Positions 9,679-18,624 of a stretch of DNA of 64,000 bases are shown one piece after another; position 1 is the stretch's first letter; each line of letters begins with the position of its first letter. The translations under genes and the position numbers were made by a program. A model generated the notes under the pieces. That model had not been told where the DNA came from. It did no database searches and saw only the letters and a program-made list of their open reading frames with translations. The DNA is taken from positions 3,804-67,803 of the forward strand of contig CAIYAG010000045.1 in NCBI GenBank assembly GCA_903924075.1. Direction: 5' to 3'. This DNA is from an uncultured Bacteroidota bacterium. Its GTDB lineage: Bacteria > Bacteroidota > Bacteroidia > Chitinophagales > Chitinophagaceae.

Positions 9679-10605
9679 ATGTTTGAAAAGACCACAAAAT
9701 CAAGTCGCGTCATTTTACTAGGGCAGGATAATAATGCACTGGTATATCTTGTTGCCATTAATTTATTGATGTTTGTGATGCTTACCTTCATAAAGATCAT
9801 TTACTATCTATCTGAAATCCCGATCGAGTTTTTTTATAAACAGGTGTTTGATTGGTTCACGCTTCCTGCAAATGCTGAAACTTTCTTAACCAAGCCCTGG
9901 GTAATCTTTACTTATATGTTTACACATCCTACTATCTGGGGTGTGATCAGCAGTTTACTCTGGTTATGGGCGTTTGGATATATTTTACAGGACCTAACCG
10001 GAAACAATAAGTTGATCCCAATTTATTTATATGGCGGTTTTGTGGGTGGCCTTGTTTTTATGCTTACAGTAAATCTGTTTCCTGTTCTTGCAAATCATCT
10101 AAATACAATTGAACCCTTAACAGGAGCTGGAGCTGCTGTCATGGCGGTTGCTGTTGCAACTACTACATTGGCACCAGATTACAGAATATTTCCTCTGATC
10201 AATGGAGGAATTCCGCTTTGGGTATTGCTCGTCATCTTTGTTGCAATTGATTTTGCATCGATGGCTGGAGCTAGCGCCGGAATTGCCGCCTCTCATTTAT
10301 CTGGCGGTGCTATGGGCTTCTTTTATATTCGTCAAATTCGCAGAGGAAATGATTGGGGGGCTTGGATGAATCGATTTATTGATTGGCTGAACAACTTGTT
10401 TAGCCCCGACAAAAAACAAGCAGCTCGCGACACCAAAGACTCTTTATTTTCAGCATCTTTGGGTGATAAAAAAAAGAAGAATTCCGATATTACACAACAA
10501 AAAATTGATGCTATTCTGGATAAGATCAATCAACAAGGCTATCAGTTTTTAAGCGATGAAGAAAAATCTTTTTTAAAAAGAGCTAGTAAAGAAGATCTAT
10601 TATGA
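9679..10605 (+). CDS. Rhomboid-family protein with C-terminal DUF6576-like tail; catalytic Ser absent
   Basis: Rhomboid TM pattern, SHLSGG, tail IDAILDKINQQGYQFLSDEEK; GAGA where GxSx is expected. Confidence 0.8.
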   Translation: MFEKTTKSSRVILLGQDNNALVYLVAINLLMFVMLTFIKIIYYLSEIPIEFFYKQVFDWFTLPANAETFLTKPWVIFTYMFTHPTIWGVISSLLWLWAFGYILQDLTGNNKLIPIYLYGGFVGGLVFMLTVNLFPVLANHLNTIEPLTGAGAAVMAVAVATTTLAPDYRIFPLINGGIPLWVLLVIFVAIDFASMAGASAGIAASHLSGGAMGFFYIRQIRRGNDWGAWMNRFIDWLNNLFSPDKKQAARDTKDSLFSASLGDKKKKNSDITQQKIDAILDKINQQGYQFLSDEEKSFLKRASKEDLL

Positions 10606-11696
10606 CAGTTTTCAAAAAAATAGTTTTTGCACTTGGCATACTGGGAAGTGTACTCTATTTTTTTACTTGCCTAACACCATATGTGAATCCTTCACATGGT
10701 TACTTTTATACTTTTGCCGGTTTGTTTTTTCCTATAGGGTTGTTCATTATGTTTTGCTGGTGTTTGATCAGCTTCTTCTTCTATAGAAAATATTCCTGGA
10801 TCTTTTTTCTTTTACTATTCGCTGGATATAAAAATATTTTTTCGGTTTTGGCTTTTCATCCGGGTAGTCAATTCAATCAAACAAAATCTAAAAATGATGT
10901 CCGGATCCTTTCTTGGAATGTCAATAATTTTTTATCCGGAGACGATAACGTTGATTTTTCGAAAGTGAAGCAGATGCTCGACTTCATTCAAAACTCAAAT
11001 GCAGACATTCTTTGTTTTCAGGATTATTCTTCTTTCCCCAATAAACAAGTAGATGCAAGTACTGAAACCATAAAAAAAATCACAGGCTTACCTTATAGTT
11101 ATTTCAGTCAGGCAGATGAAAACTATGGAGTGATCATTTTTTCAAGGTGGCCATTTCTGAAACAAACTACTATACCATACAAGAATATTAATTCTGAAGA
11201 ATCTTTGCAGTGGGTAGAAATTCAAACACCATCAAAAGTATTGCGTGTATATAATACCCACTTATGTTCCATGAATGTGCACGTAGATGTGATGGATAAA
11301 GACAATATCAGTCACATGAAATTCATTAACTATGACACTGCTATTTTAATGCGTAGAGATAAATTAGGAAGAATGGCTTATTTCGATAAGATCCACTCCT
11401 GGCAAGCCGAATTGGTTAAACGATCATTAGATAGTTGCACATTACCACTTGTTTTTACTGCCGACATGAATGCAGTACCATCTAGTTTTGTATACCACGA
11501 CATTACTTCCAACTTAAAGGATGCATTCATAGAAAAAGGATGGGGATTTGGCAGAACATATGATAGTCTTTCTCCCACTTTAAGGATCGATGTATTGTTA
11601 ACAAGTCCTTCTATTCAAACAGTTCAATATAATTCTCCTCGCCTGCATTTATCAGACCATCTTCCAATTATCACAGATATTCGTTTTAAACCCTGA
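10602..11696 (+). CDS. Membrane-anchored endonuclease/exonuclease/phosphatase (EEP) family protein 1
   Basis: N-terminal TMs, ILSWNV, YNTHL, ADMN, RIDVL, SDHLP. Confidence 0.85.
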   Translation: MTVFKKIVFALGILGSVLYFFTCLTPYVNPSHGYFYTFAGLFFPIGLFIMFCWCLISFFFYRKYSWIFFLLLFAGYKNIFSVLAFHPGSQFNQTKSKNDVRILSWNVNNFLSGDDNVDFSKVKQMLDFIQNSNADILCFQDYSSFPNKQVDASTETIKKITGLPYSYFSQADENYGVIIFSRWPFLKQTTIPYKNINSEESLQWVEIQTPSKVLRVYNTHLCSMNVHVDVMDKDNISHMKFINYDTAILMRRDKLGRMAYFDKIHSWQAELVKRSLDSCTLPLVFTADMNAVPSSFVYHDITSNLKDAFIEKGWGFGRTYDSLSPTLRIDVLLTSPSIQTVQYNSPRLHLSDHLPIITDIRFKP

Positions 11697-11715
11697 TTTT
11701 AATTAAATTTAGCGC

Positions 11716-12828
11716 ATGGCAAAAAGTTTTTTGCGACGCGCATTCAAATCGTTCAGTTTAAGTATCACTATTTTTTTGTGCATACTGTTTCTGATTGCCT
11801 GCCTTTCTCCGTATATCAATCCAGCTAATTGGTGGCCATTTGCTTTTACAGGTTTAATTGTTCCTTATTTAATTGTGCTGCTATTTTTTGCTGCTATTTT
11901 CTGGTTAATAGCACGGCCAGTTTATGTTTGGATCCCTCTTATCAGTTTAGCATTTGGATGGCAGCAAATTGAAGTGGTATTTGCCTGGCATGCCGGATCT
12001 GGTTTTAATAAAAAGAAAAACGCACAAAATGTTCGGATCGTAGATTGGAATGTGAGAAGCTTTAACGGGATCAGCAATAATGTAGAATCAAAGAGATTGG
12101 TAAGGAACGAAATTGCAGAGATCATTTTGAAAATACAGGCAGATATTGTTTGTATGCAGGAGTTCAACAATAGTACTGAAAGAGAAAATGCGGATAATAT
12201 TTCGCTATTCTCAAAATCATTTCCTTATTACTATTTTTCAAAAGACTACCTCCGTAATAATGGGAGCTATCAATCTGGTAGTATCATATTTTCAAAATAT
12301 CCGATCATCGATTCTGGTAAAACCAAATTTCCAGTTGCCGAGAGTCTCATTTATGCAGACATTCTAAAAGGCGATGATACCATTCGAATATTTAATACCC
12401 ATCTACAATCTTTTAAATTTAAAAAAGAAGATTACGCTGACATTGAAAAGATCAAAGACCAAGATGATGCCACAGGAAATGCGTCGAAGAATATCTTTAA
12501 TAAAATGAAGATGGCGTTCACAAGAAGGGGCGTACAATCTGATATTGTAAGAAATCAACGCGATCTGAGTCCGCATCCAGGAATTATTGCAGGAGACTTT
12601 AATGATGTACCCAATTCATTTACCTATTTTAATATCAAAGGGAACTGGCAGGATTGCTTTTTGAAAAAAGACTTTGGCATTGGCCGTACTTATTTGTCAT
12701 TGGCTCCAACCTTACGCATCGATTATATCCTAGCAGAAAAGCTTTTCACAGTGAAGCAGTTTGATATGGTAGATGAAGACCTAAGTGATCATATGATGTT
12801 GGTTACAGATCTTCGACTCAATAAATAA
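11716..12828 (+). CDS. Membrane-anchored EEP family protein 2 (tandem paralog)
   Basis: DWNV, MQEF, NTHLQS, GDFND, RIDYI, SDH. Confidence 0.88.
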   Translation: MAKSFLRRAFKSFSLSITIFLCILFLIACLSPYINPANWWPFAFTGLIVPYLIVLLFFAAIFWLIARPVYVWIPLISLAFGWQQIEVVFAWHAGSGFNKKKNAQNVRIVDWNVRSFNGISNNVESKRLVRNEIAEIILKIQADIVCMQEFNNSTERENADNISLFSKSFPYYYFSKDYLRNNGSYQSGSIIFSKYPIIDSGKTKFPVAESLIYADILKGDDTIRIFNTHLQSFKFKKEDYADIEKIKDQDDATGNASKNIFNKMKMAFTRRGVQSDIVRNQRDLSPHPGIIAGDFNDVPNSFTYFNIKGNWQDCFLKKDFGIGRTYLSLAPTLRIDYILAEKLFTVKQFDMVDEDLSDHMMLVTDLRLNK

Positions 12829-12879
12829 TTCAAAACCCCGCCTTAGCCTAAACGGCTTTATTTTCTTATCTTGCAGGTC

Positions 12880-12927
12880 ATGTATTTGAGCAATAAACAT
12901 ACCTATTGTTGTTGTAGCTGCTGTTAA
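12880..12927 (+). promoter_or_regulatory. Poly-Cys leader peptide ORF (MYLSNKHTYCCCSCC*), candidate attenuator of cysS
   Basis: ATG TAT TTG AGC AAT AAA CAT ACC TAT TGT TGT TGT AGC TGC TGT TAA; stop is 62 nt upstream of the cysS ATG. Confidence 0.75.
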
Positions 12928-12989
12928 TTCGGCCAATTGGCCCTTTATGTGGCATCCAAATCAATTCACCATCTTACCAATCCGAAAAC

Positions 12990-14495
12990 ATGTCTTTGAA
13001 AGTTTATAATTCGCTAAGCAGACAAAAGGAAATATTTACGCCGATCAATGCGCCATATGTGGGGATGTATGTATGCGGACCAACAGTGAGCGGCGAAAGC
13101 CATCTTGGTCATGCCCGTCCATTCATTACATTCGATGTGATCTATCGCTATCTTATGTACCTGGGATATAAAGTACGCTATGTTCGGAATATTACAGATG
13201 CAGGTCACTTCGAAGAAGAAGGCAGAGAAGCAGAAGACAAGATCAGCACTAAAGCCATTTTAGAAAAACTCGAACCCATGGAGTTGGTACAGAAATATAC
13301 CAACCTCTATCATTGGGCAATGAGCAGGTTCAATAATTTACCACCCAGCATCGAACCAACAGCAACAGGTCATATTGTAGAACAAATTGAAATGATCAAA
13401 AAGATCATTGAAGATGGTTATGCTTATGAAGCAAATGGTTCGGTATATTTTGATGTGGAGAAATACAATACCGATTTTTCTAAAGTGGGTAAGCCTTATG
13501 GAATGCTCAGTGGAAGAAATTTAGAGGATCAACAAGATACCACACGCGAGTTAGATAATCAAGATGAGAAGAGAGACAAAAACGATTTTGCGCTTTGGAA
13601 GTCTGCACCTCCTGAACACATCATGCGCTGGCAAAGCCCATGGGGAGAGGGTTTCCCGGGATGGCATATCGAGTGTTCTGCAATGAGTTCTAAATATTTG
13701 GGGGATGAATTTGATATTCACGGGGGTGGGATGGATCTTCAGTTTCCGCACCACGAATGTGAAATTGCACAGAGCACTGTTTGTAATCATAAGACCCCAG
13801 CGCGTTATTGGTTGCACAATAATATGATCACCATTCAGGGTAAGAAAATGGGTAAGAGTTATAATAATGTGATCAAGCTAACTGAGCTATTCAGTGGAAA
13901 TAGTCCGATTCTTGAGCAGCCTTATTCACCTATGACCATTCGCTTCTTTATCCTGCAAAGTCATTATAGAGGCACCCTCGATTTCAGTAACGAAGCACTT
14001 CAAGCTTCTGAAAAAGCACTGAAACGTTTGTGGGAATCATACGAATGGTACAGTAAGCAAAGCATTGATGCAACAACTACTGCATCAGATAATGCGTTGG
14101 ACGAAAAAGTAAAAAAACTAGTAGCAGAATTTGATGAGTTCATGGATGATGATTTCAGTACTGCGAAGGTTTTGGCAAACATGTTTGAGCTATCATCTGT
14201 TATCAATTCTATCAAAGACAGACATATCGCCGCAGATGCTTTGAGCGGCCATACGGCATCGCTTTTACAAAAACAATTGAAAGCTTATTTAGAAGATGTT
14301 TTTGGATTGGTTGGCGAAAGGGCGGCCGATAATGGTCAGCTGGATGGTGTACTCCAATTACTCATCAACATCCGTAAAGATGCGAAGAGCAGGAAGGATT
14401 TTATGACCAGCGACAAGATCAGAAATGAACTCGCAGCTTTGGGCGTTCAATTGAAAGATGAAAAAGAGGGCGGAACCAGTTATTCGATCAATTAA
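12990..14495 (+). CDS. cysS: Cysteine--tRNA ligase
   Basis: MYVCGPTV, HLGH (HIGH), DFALWK, PGWHIECSAM, DIHGGGMDLQFPHHECE, KMGKS. Confidence 0.97.
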   Translation: MSLKVYNSLSRQKEIFTPINAPYVGMYVCGPTVSGESHLGHARPFITFDVIYRYLMYLGYKVRYVRNITDAGHFEEEGREAEDKISTKAILEKLEPMELVQKYTNLYHWAMSRFNNLPPSIEPTATGHIVEQIEMIKKIIEDGYAYEANGSVYFDVEKYNTDFSKVGKPYGMLSGRNLEDQQDTTRELDNQDEKRDKNDFALWKSAPPEHIMRWQSPWGEGFPGWHIECSAMSSKYLGDEFDIHGGGMDLQFPHHECEIAQSTVCNHKTPARYWLHNNMITIQGKKMGKSYNNVIKLTELFSGNSPILEQPYSPMTIRFFILQSHYRGTLDFSNEALQASEKALKRLWESYEWYSKQSIDATTTASDNALDEKVKKLVAEFDEFMDDDFSTAKVLANMFELSSVINSIKDRHIAADALSGHTASLLQKQLKAYLEDVFGLVGERAADNGQLDGVLQLLINIRKDAKSRKDFMTSDKIRNELAALGVQLKDEKEGGTSYSIN

Positions 14496-14882
14496 TTAAT
14501 GATCGCAATCATCGGCATGCGCATGATCGTGCACCCTGCAATAACTGAAATTGAGTAAATGGGCTGAAACGATACAAATAACTGCTGGCCAAAGTAACCA
14601 ATTCTGCCATTGATGCCAGATCACTTTGGCTAATAATAAAAGGATTCCAAAAGTAAACACCATCATGGGCACGAAGCTGTGGTGGTGTTTGTGTTTTCCA
14701 TGGCGTAAGGCTAAAGTACCCACCACAAAGGCGATCCCCACCATCCCGTACTCAAAGTAAAGATTGTCGATAATATTGATGCCGAAGATGGGTAAACTAC
14801 TCAGAAACAAGGGCAATAAAGCACAATGTATGGCACAGGCCAAGGATGTTGCAATACCTACAAAGTCTAAGTTTACCTTCAT
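14496..14882 (-). CDS. MerC-domain membrane protein, His-rich (probable metal uptake)
   Basis: SLACAIHCALLP motif, 4 TMs, HGKHKHHH loop, tail HDHAHADDCDH. Confidence 0.85.
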   Translation of the reverse strand: MKVNLDFVGIATSLACAIHCALLPLFLSSLPIFGINIIDNLYFEYGMVGIAFVVGTLALRHGKHKHHHSFVPMMVFTFGILLLLAKVIWHQWQNWLLWPAVICIVSAHLLNFSYCRVHDHAHADDCDH

Positions 14883-14900
14883 ATTCCACTAAAAGAGTGG

Positions 14901-14932
14901 CAAAAGTAGTTCAAATGCAACAATGTTGCAAA
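14901..14932 (-). promoter_or_regulatory. MerC-like gene promoter (-33 TTTG, -7 TACTTTTG) containing perfect palindrome TGCAACA-A-TGTTGCA (14916-14930)
   Basis: -7 box 14908-14901, -33 box 14932-14929, 20-nt spacer; the palindrome lies in the spacer and overlaps -33. Confidence 0.65.
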
Positions 14933-14966
14933 ATAATAAAGCGGCTCAAGAAAAGCCCCCGCACCC

Positions 14967-14974
14967 TAACTTTG
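14967..14974 (+). promoter_or_regulatory. -7 box TAACTTTG upstream of the SCO gene
   Basis: Exact TAnnTTTG, 16 nt before the ATG. Confidence 0.55.
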
Positions 14975-14990
14975 CAGCAATTCTTCAATT

Positions 14991-15647
14991 ATGGGAAAGA
15001 AATTTATCGGCTATATTTTGTTCTTCTTTGTGCTTTTGATTGGCTTCTACTTCTTTTTGTTTCGTGGAAACGATGAGTGGAGAACCAAATTATCAACGAT
15101 CAGCTATGTAAAACCCTTCCACTTTAAGACCCAGGATAACCAGATCTTCACCGATCGGGATATGCTAGGAAAAGTATGTGTGGTGGAATATTTCTTTACC
15201 AATTGCAAGGGTATTTGTCCGAAAATGAATAGCAATATGAAAATGATCGCTGAGACATTTAAGGATGAGCCCGATTTTCTGATCATTTCACATACCTGCG
15301 ACCCAGACCGTGATACGGTTGCCCGTATGAAAGTTTATTCCGATTCAATAAAAGCAGATACCAAAAAATGGATCTTCCTAACAGGTCGCAAAGACAGTCT
15401 GTATAGCCAGGCCCGTAGTTCCTATTTGTTGGACGATCCAAAAAATAATGTTGAAAAAATTGAGGACCAATTCATACACACACAATTTTTTGCGTTGGTT
15501 GATAAAGACGGAAAAGTGAGGGGGCAGGTGTACGACGGACTAAAAGCAGACGAATTAGAAAAGCTGAAAGTGGATATCCGTAAGCTTTTGAAAGAAAAAG
15601 CAGGCACCAGCAATTTTGTAAATAGTATTTTTGGTAATAATCCCTAA
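14991..15647 (+). CDS. SCO1/SenC-family copper chaperone
   Basis: N-terminal TM, FFTNCKGIC (CxxxC), DPDRD, conserved His in FIHTQ. Confidence 0.9.
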   Translation: MGKKFIGYILFFFVLLIGFYFFLFRGNDEWRTKLSTISYVKPFHFKTQDNQIFTDRDMLGKVCVVEYFFTNCKGICPKMNSNMKMIAETFKDEPDFLIISHTCDPDRDTVARMKVYSDSIKADTKKWIFLTGRKDSLYSQARSSYLLDDPKNNVEKIEDQFIHTQFFALVDKDGKVRGQVYDGLKADELEKLKVDIRKLLKEKAGTSNFVNSIFGNNP

Positions 15648-15658
15648 TCGCATAGCAG

Positions 15659-16075
15659 ATGCATCCAAGGATCGTAGATACACTTAAAAGAAATCAGTTA
15701 AGCATTACTGATAGCCGGAAAAAAATTCTGGAAATGTTTCTACAGCGTAAAGGCGCGTTGGCACATGCAGATATTGAACAACAAAGCGGAGAAGAGTTTG
15801 ATCGGGTAACCATTTACCGAACACTTCAAACCTTTGTGGAAAAAGGGATCATTCACACAATTCCTTCGGCCGATAATTCTGTACGTTATGCCCTATGCAA
15901 AGACGATTGTAGCGAAGGGCATCATCACGACAATCACGTTCATTTTATGTGCGATCATTGCGGAACCACTTATTGCCTAGATCATGTTACGGTTCCGGCT
16001 GTGGTTTTGCCCACTGGATTTAAAGTAACTCAGGTTGACGTAGTTGCCAGTGGAACATGCATGAAGTGTCAATAG
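15659..16075 (+). CDS. Fur-family transcriptional regulator, Zur-like
   Basis: ITDSRKKILE, RVTIYRTL, HHHDNHVHFMCDHC and C-terminal CMKC. Confidence 0.9.
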   Translation: MHPRIVDTLKRNQLSITDSRKKILEMFLQRKGALAHADIEQQSGEEFDRVTIYRTLQTFVEKGIIHTIPSADNSVRYALCKDDCSEGHHHDNHVHFMCDHCGTTYCLDHVTVPAVVLPTGFKVTQVDVVASGTCMKCQ

Positions 16076-16126
16076 TGTTTCTCATTATCTTAGCGGACTG
16101 AACATTCCATTTATAAATAACCCTTC

Positions 16127-17104
16127 ATGATTTTAGTAACCGGAGCAACTGGTTTAGTTGGATCACACCTTATCAAAGCACTGGTTGCGCAGGGTAAATC
16201 TGTGAGGGCATTGTATCGATCCGAAATTCCTGCAATTCCCGAAGTAGCTTCTATTGATTGGTTCAAGGCAGACATTTTAGATATTGTGTCTTTAGAAGAA
16301 GCAATGGTAGGCATACAACAAGTGTATCACTGCGCTGCTATCGTATCTTTTACAGCAAAAAATAAAAAAGCACTCCATCATACCAATATTGAAGGCACTG
16401 CAAATATTGTGAACGCTTGCTTAAATGCCGGTGTTGAAAAATTATTGTTTGTAAGCTCTGTTGCTGCACTGGGTAGAATTCGAGAAGACCAGGCCATTAA
16501 CGAAAGCATGAACTGGTCTGAAGAAACCAGCAATAGCGAATATGGAAAATCTAAGTACCTCGCTGAATTGGAAGTTTGGCGCGGAATGGGTGAGGGCTTG
16601 AATGTGGTGGTGGTGAATCCTGTAATTATATTAGGTGCGAGTGATTGGTTAAAAGGCAGCACCGCAATTTTCAAGTCGGCTTACGATGAATTTCCATGGT
16701 ACACCGAAGGAAGCAGTGGTTTTGTAGATGTCTTAGATGTTGTGGATGCCATGATCCTTTTAATGGAAAGCAATATCAGCGATCAACGATTTATTTTGAG
16801 TGGCGCCAACCTGCCTTATCGCGATATTTTTACGATGATCGCAAACGCCTTCCACAAAAAACCGCCGTACAAAAAAGTAACAGCATTGTTGGCTGAAATA
16901 GTTTGGAGATTGGAGGGAATCAAAGGAAGCATTACAGGGAAAAGTCCGCTCTTAACCAAAGAAACCTCACGTACAGCAAGGACTTCCGTAACATTCGATA
17001 ATAATAAACTACTAAACGCGGTTCCCGATTTTCATTATCGCCCTATGCAGGAATCCATTGAACGCATTTGTTCTGAGTTAAAAAAACAATATAACTTGTC
17101 ATAG
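16127..17104 (+). CDS. NAD-dependent epimerase/dehydratase (extended SDR)
   Basis: VTGATGLVG, HCAA, VSSVAA, YGKSK. Confidence 0.88.
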   Translation: MILVTGATGLVGSHLIKALVAQGKSVRALYRSEIPAIPEVASIDWFKADILDIVSLEEAMVGIQQVYHCAAIVSFTAKNKKALHHTNIEGTANIVNACLNAGVEKLLFVSSVAALGRIREDQAINESMNWSEETSNSEYGKSKYLAELEVWRGMGEGLNVVVVNPVIILGASDWLKGSTAIFKSAYDEFPWYTEGSSGFVDVLDVVDAMILLMESNISDQRFILSGANLPYRDIFTMIANAFHKKPPYKKVTALLAEIVWRLEGIKGSITGKSPLLTKETSRTARTSVTFDNNKLLNAVPDFHYRPMQESIERICSELKKQYNLS

Positions 17105-17121
17105 CATTCACGCCTTACAAG

Positions 17122-17697
17122 ATGAAATCTGTAATAATACTGATAACGCTCAGCATCCTTGTTTCATGCAGTAACTCACTGCATCAAACAGGTGCGCCTG
17201 CTTATTCAAACAGCATTGTGGTGAATGATAATCAACAAACTGTTTTGTTAGGAAATTGCGCTCCGCAAATGTTGCAGATCGAGCCATTCAGCAAATGGTA
17301 TATTCCCAACTATAACAATGCTCAAATAGATAGCAGCTACAGCGCTGCCATTGCAAAAGCATTTAAAAATAAAAGAATAGAAATTTTTGCTGGAACCTGG
17401 TGTGGTGAAAGTAAAGCTGACCTGCCGAAAATGTTGAAGATCTTAAAGGCTGCAAACGTTGATAGCACACAAATACAACTGATCTTTTTAAACAATACAG
17501 CAGCACAGTACAAACAAAGTCCGCAGCACGAGGAAGCAGGAAAAAATATTGTTCGTACCCCCACTTATATTATTTATAATGGTCAAAAAGAAATGGGTAG
17601 GATCATCGACTCACCAGTTGAAACTTTCGAAAAGGATCTTTTAAAGATTTTAAGAAAAGAACCCTATCAACCACATTTTTATGATTTGAAATTGTAA
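17122..17697 (+). CDS. Thioredoxin-like lipoprotein (CxxS)
   Basis: Lipobox LVSC; GTWCGES; cis-Pro region VRTPT. Confidence 0.7.
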   Translation: MKSVIILITLSILVSCSNSLHQTGAPAYSNSIVVNDNQQTVLLGNCAPQMLQIEPFSKWYIPNYNNAQIDSSYSAAIAKAFKNKRIEIFAGTWCGESKADLPKMLKILKAANVDSTQIQLIFLNNTAAQYKQSPQHEEAGKNIVRTPTYIIYNGQKEMGRIIDSPVETFEKDLLKILRKEPYQPHFYDLKL

Positions 17698-17700
17698 AAG

Positions 17701-18624
17701 ATGCAAGTAATTAGAATTGGAACCAGAGATAGTCAGCTGGCTGTATGGCAGGCAAACGAAGTTAAAAGACTGCTCGCAATAAACGGTTATGCATCAGAAC
17801 TGGTTTACATAAAAACTGAGGGGGATATTGATCTGCATACACCTTTGTATGAAATGGGAGTTGAGGGAATTTTTACAAGAAGTTTAGACAGCGCTTTATT
17901 AAATAACAGAATTGATCTAGCAGTTCATAGCATGAAGGATGTACCGATTGTTTTACCAGTTGGGCTGGTTCAGGCTGCGGTTTTAGAAAGGGCATCACAA
18001 AAAGATATTTTAGTGTTTAAAACCGATCTTGGCTTTTTAGAAGATCGCAACGCACATGCCATCATCGCCACGAGTAGTATTCGCAGAAAAGCCCAATGGT
18101 TGAATCGATATCCAAATCATACCATTGAAAATATTCGTGGCAATGTAAATACACGATTACAAAAATTGCAAGAGCAAAAATGGGATGCTGCCATCTTTGC
18201 TGCGGCGGGTTTAGAAAGAATTGGATTAAGACCTGAAAAATCGATCGATTTAGACTGGATGTTACCGGCGCCTGCACAAGGTGCCATCATAGTCATTGCT
18301 AGAATGAACGAACATAACGTAATAGAAGCGTGTACAACAATTAATAATAGCATTACAGCAATTTGCACAAAAATTGAAAGAGATTTTCTCAAAACCTTAT
18401 TGGGTGGTTGTTCTACACCCATCAGCGCTTTTGCAGAAATTAAAAATGAGCGTTTGTTTTTTCAGGGCAATATGCTTTCGATAGATGGAAAAGAAAAAGT
18501 GGAGATCGCTCTTGATGAATCAATCGATTTAATTTTACCAGACTTTGGTAACCAAGCAGCCAAACAATTATTAGCAAATGGAGGATATACAATCGCCGAA
18601 AAAATTAGGAGCACTGCAAAATAG
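17701..18624 (+). CDS. hemC: Hydroxymethylbilane synthase
   Basis: IGTRDSQLA, AVHSMKD, RGNVNTRL, LPAPAQGA, LGGCSTP. Confidence 0.95.
   Translation: MQVIRIGTRDSQLAVWQANEVKRLLAINGYASELVYIKTEGDIDLHTPLYEMGVEGIFTRSLDSALLNNRIDLAVHSMKDVPIVLPVGLVQAAVLERASQKDILVFKTDLGFLEDRNAHAIIATSSIRRKAQWLNRYPNHTIENIRGNVNTRLQKLQEQKWDAAIFAAAGLERIGLRPEKSIDLDWMLPAPAQGAIIVIARMNEHNVIEACTTINNSITAICTKIERDFLKTLLGGCSTPISAFAEIKNERLFFQGNMLSIDGKEKVEIALDESIDLILPDFGNQAAKQLLANGGYTIAEKIRSTAK

Noticed and set aside
14496-14882. Mercury-resistance operon
   Set aside because: No merA, merR or merP in the window.
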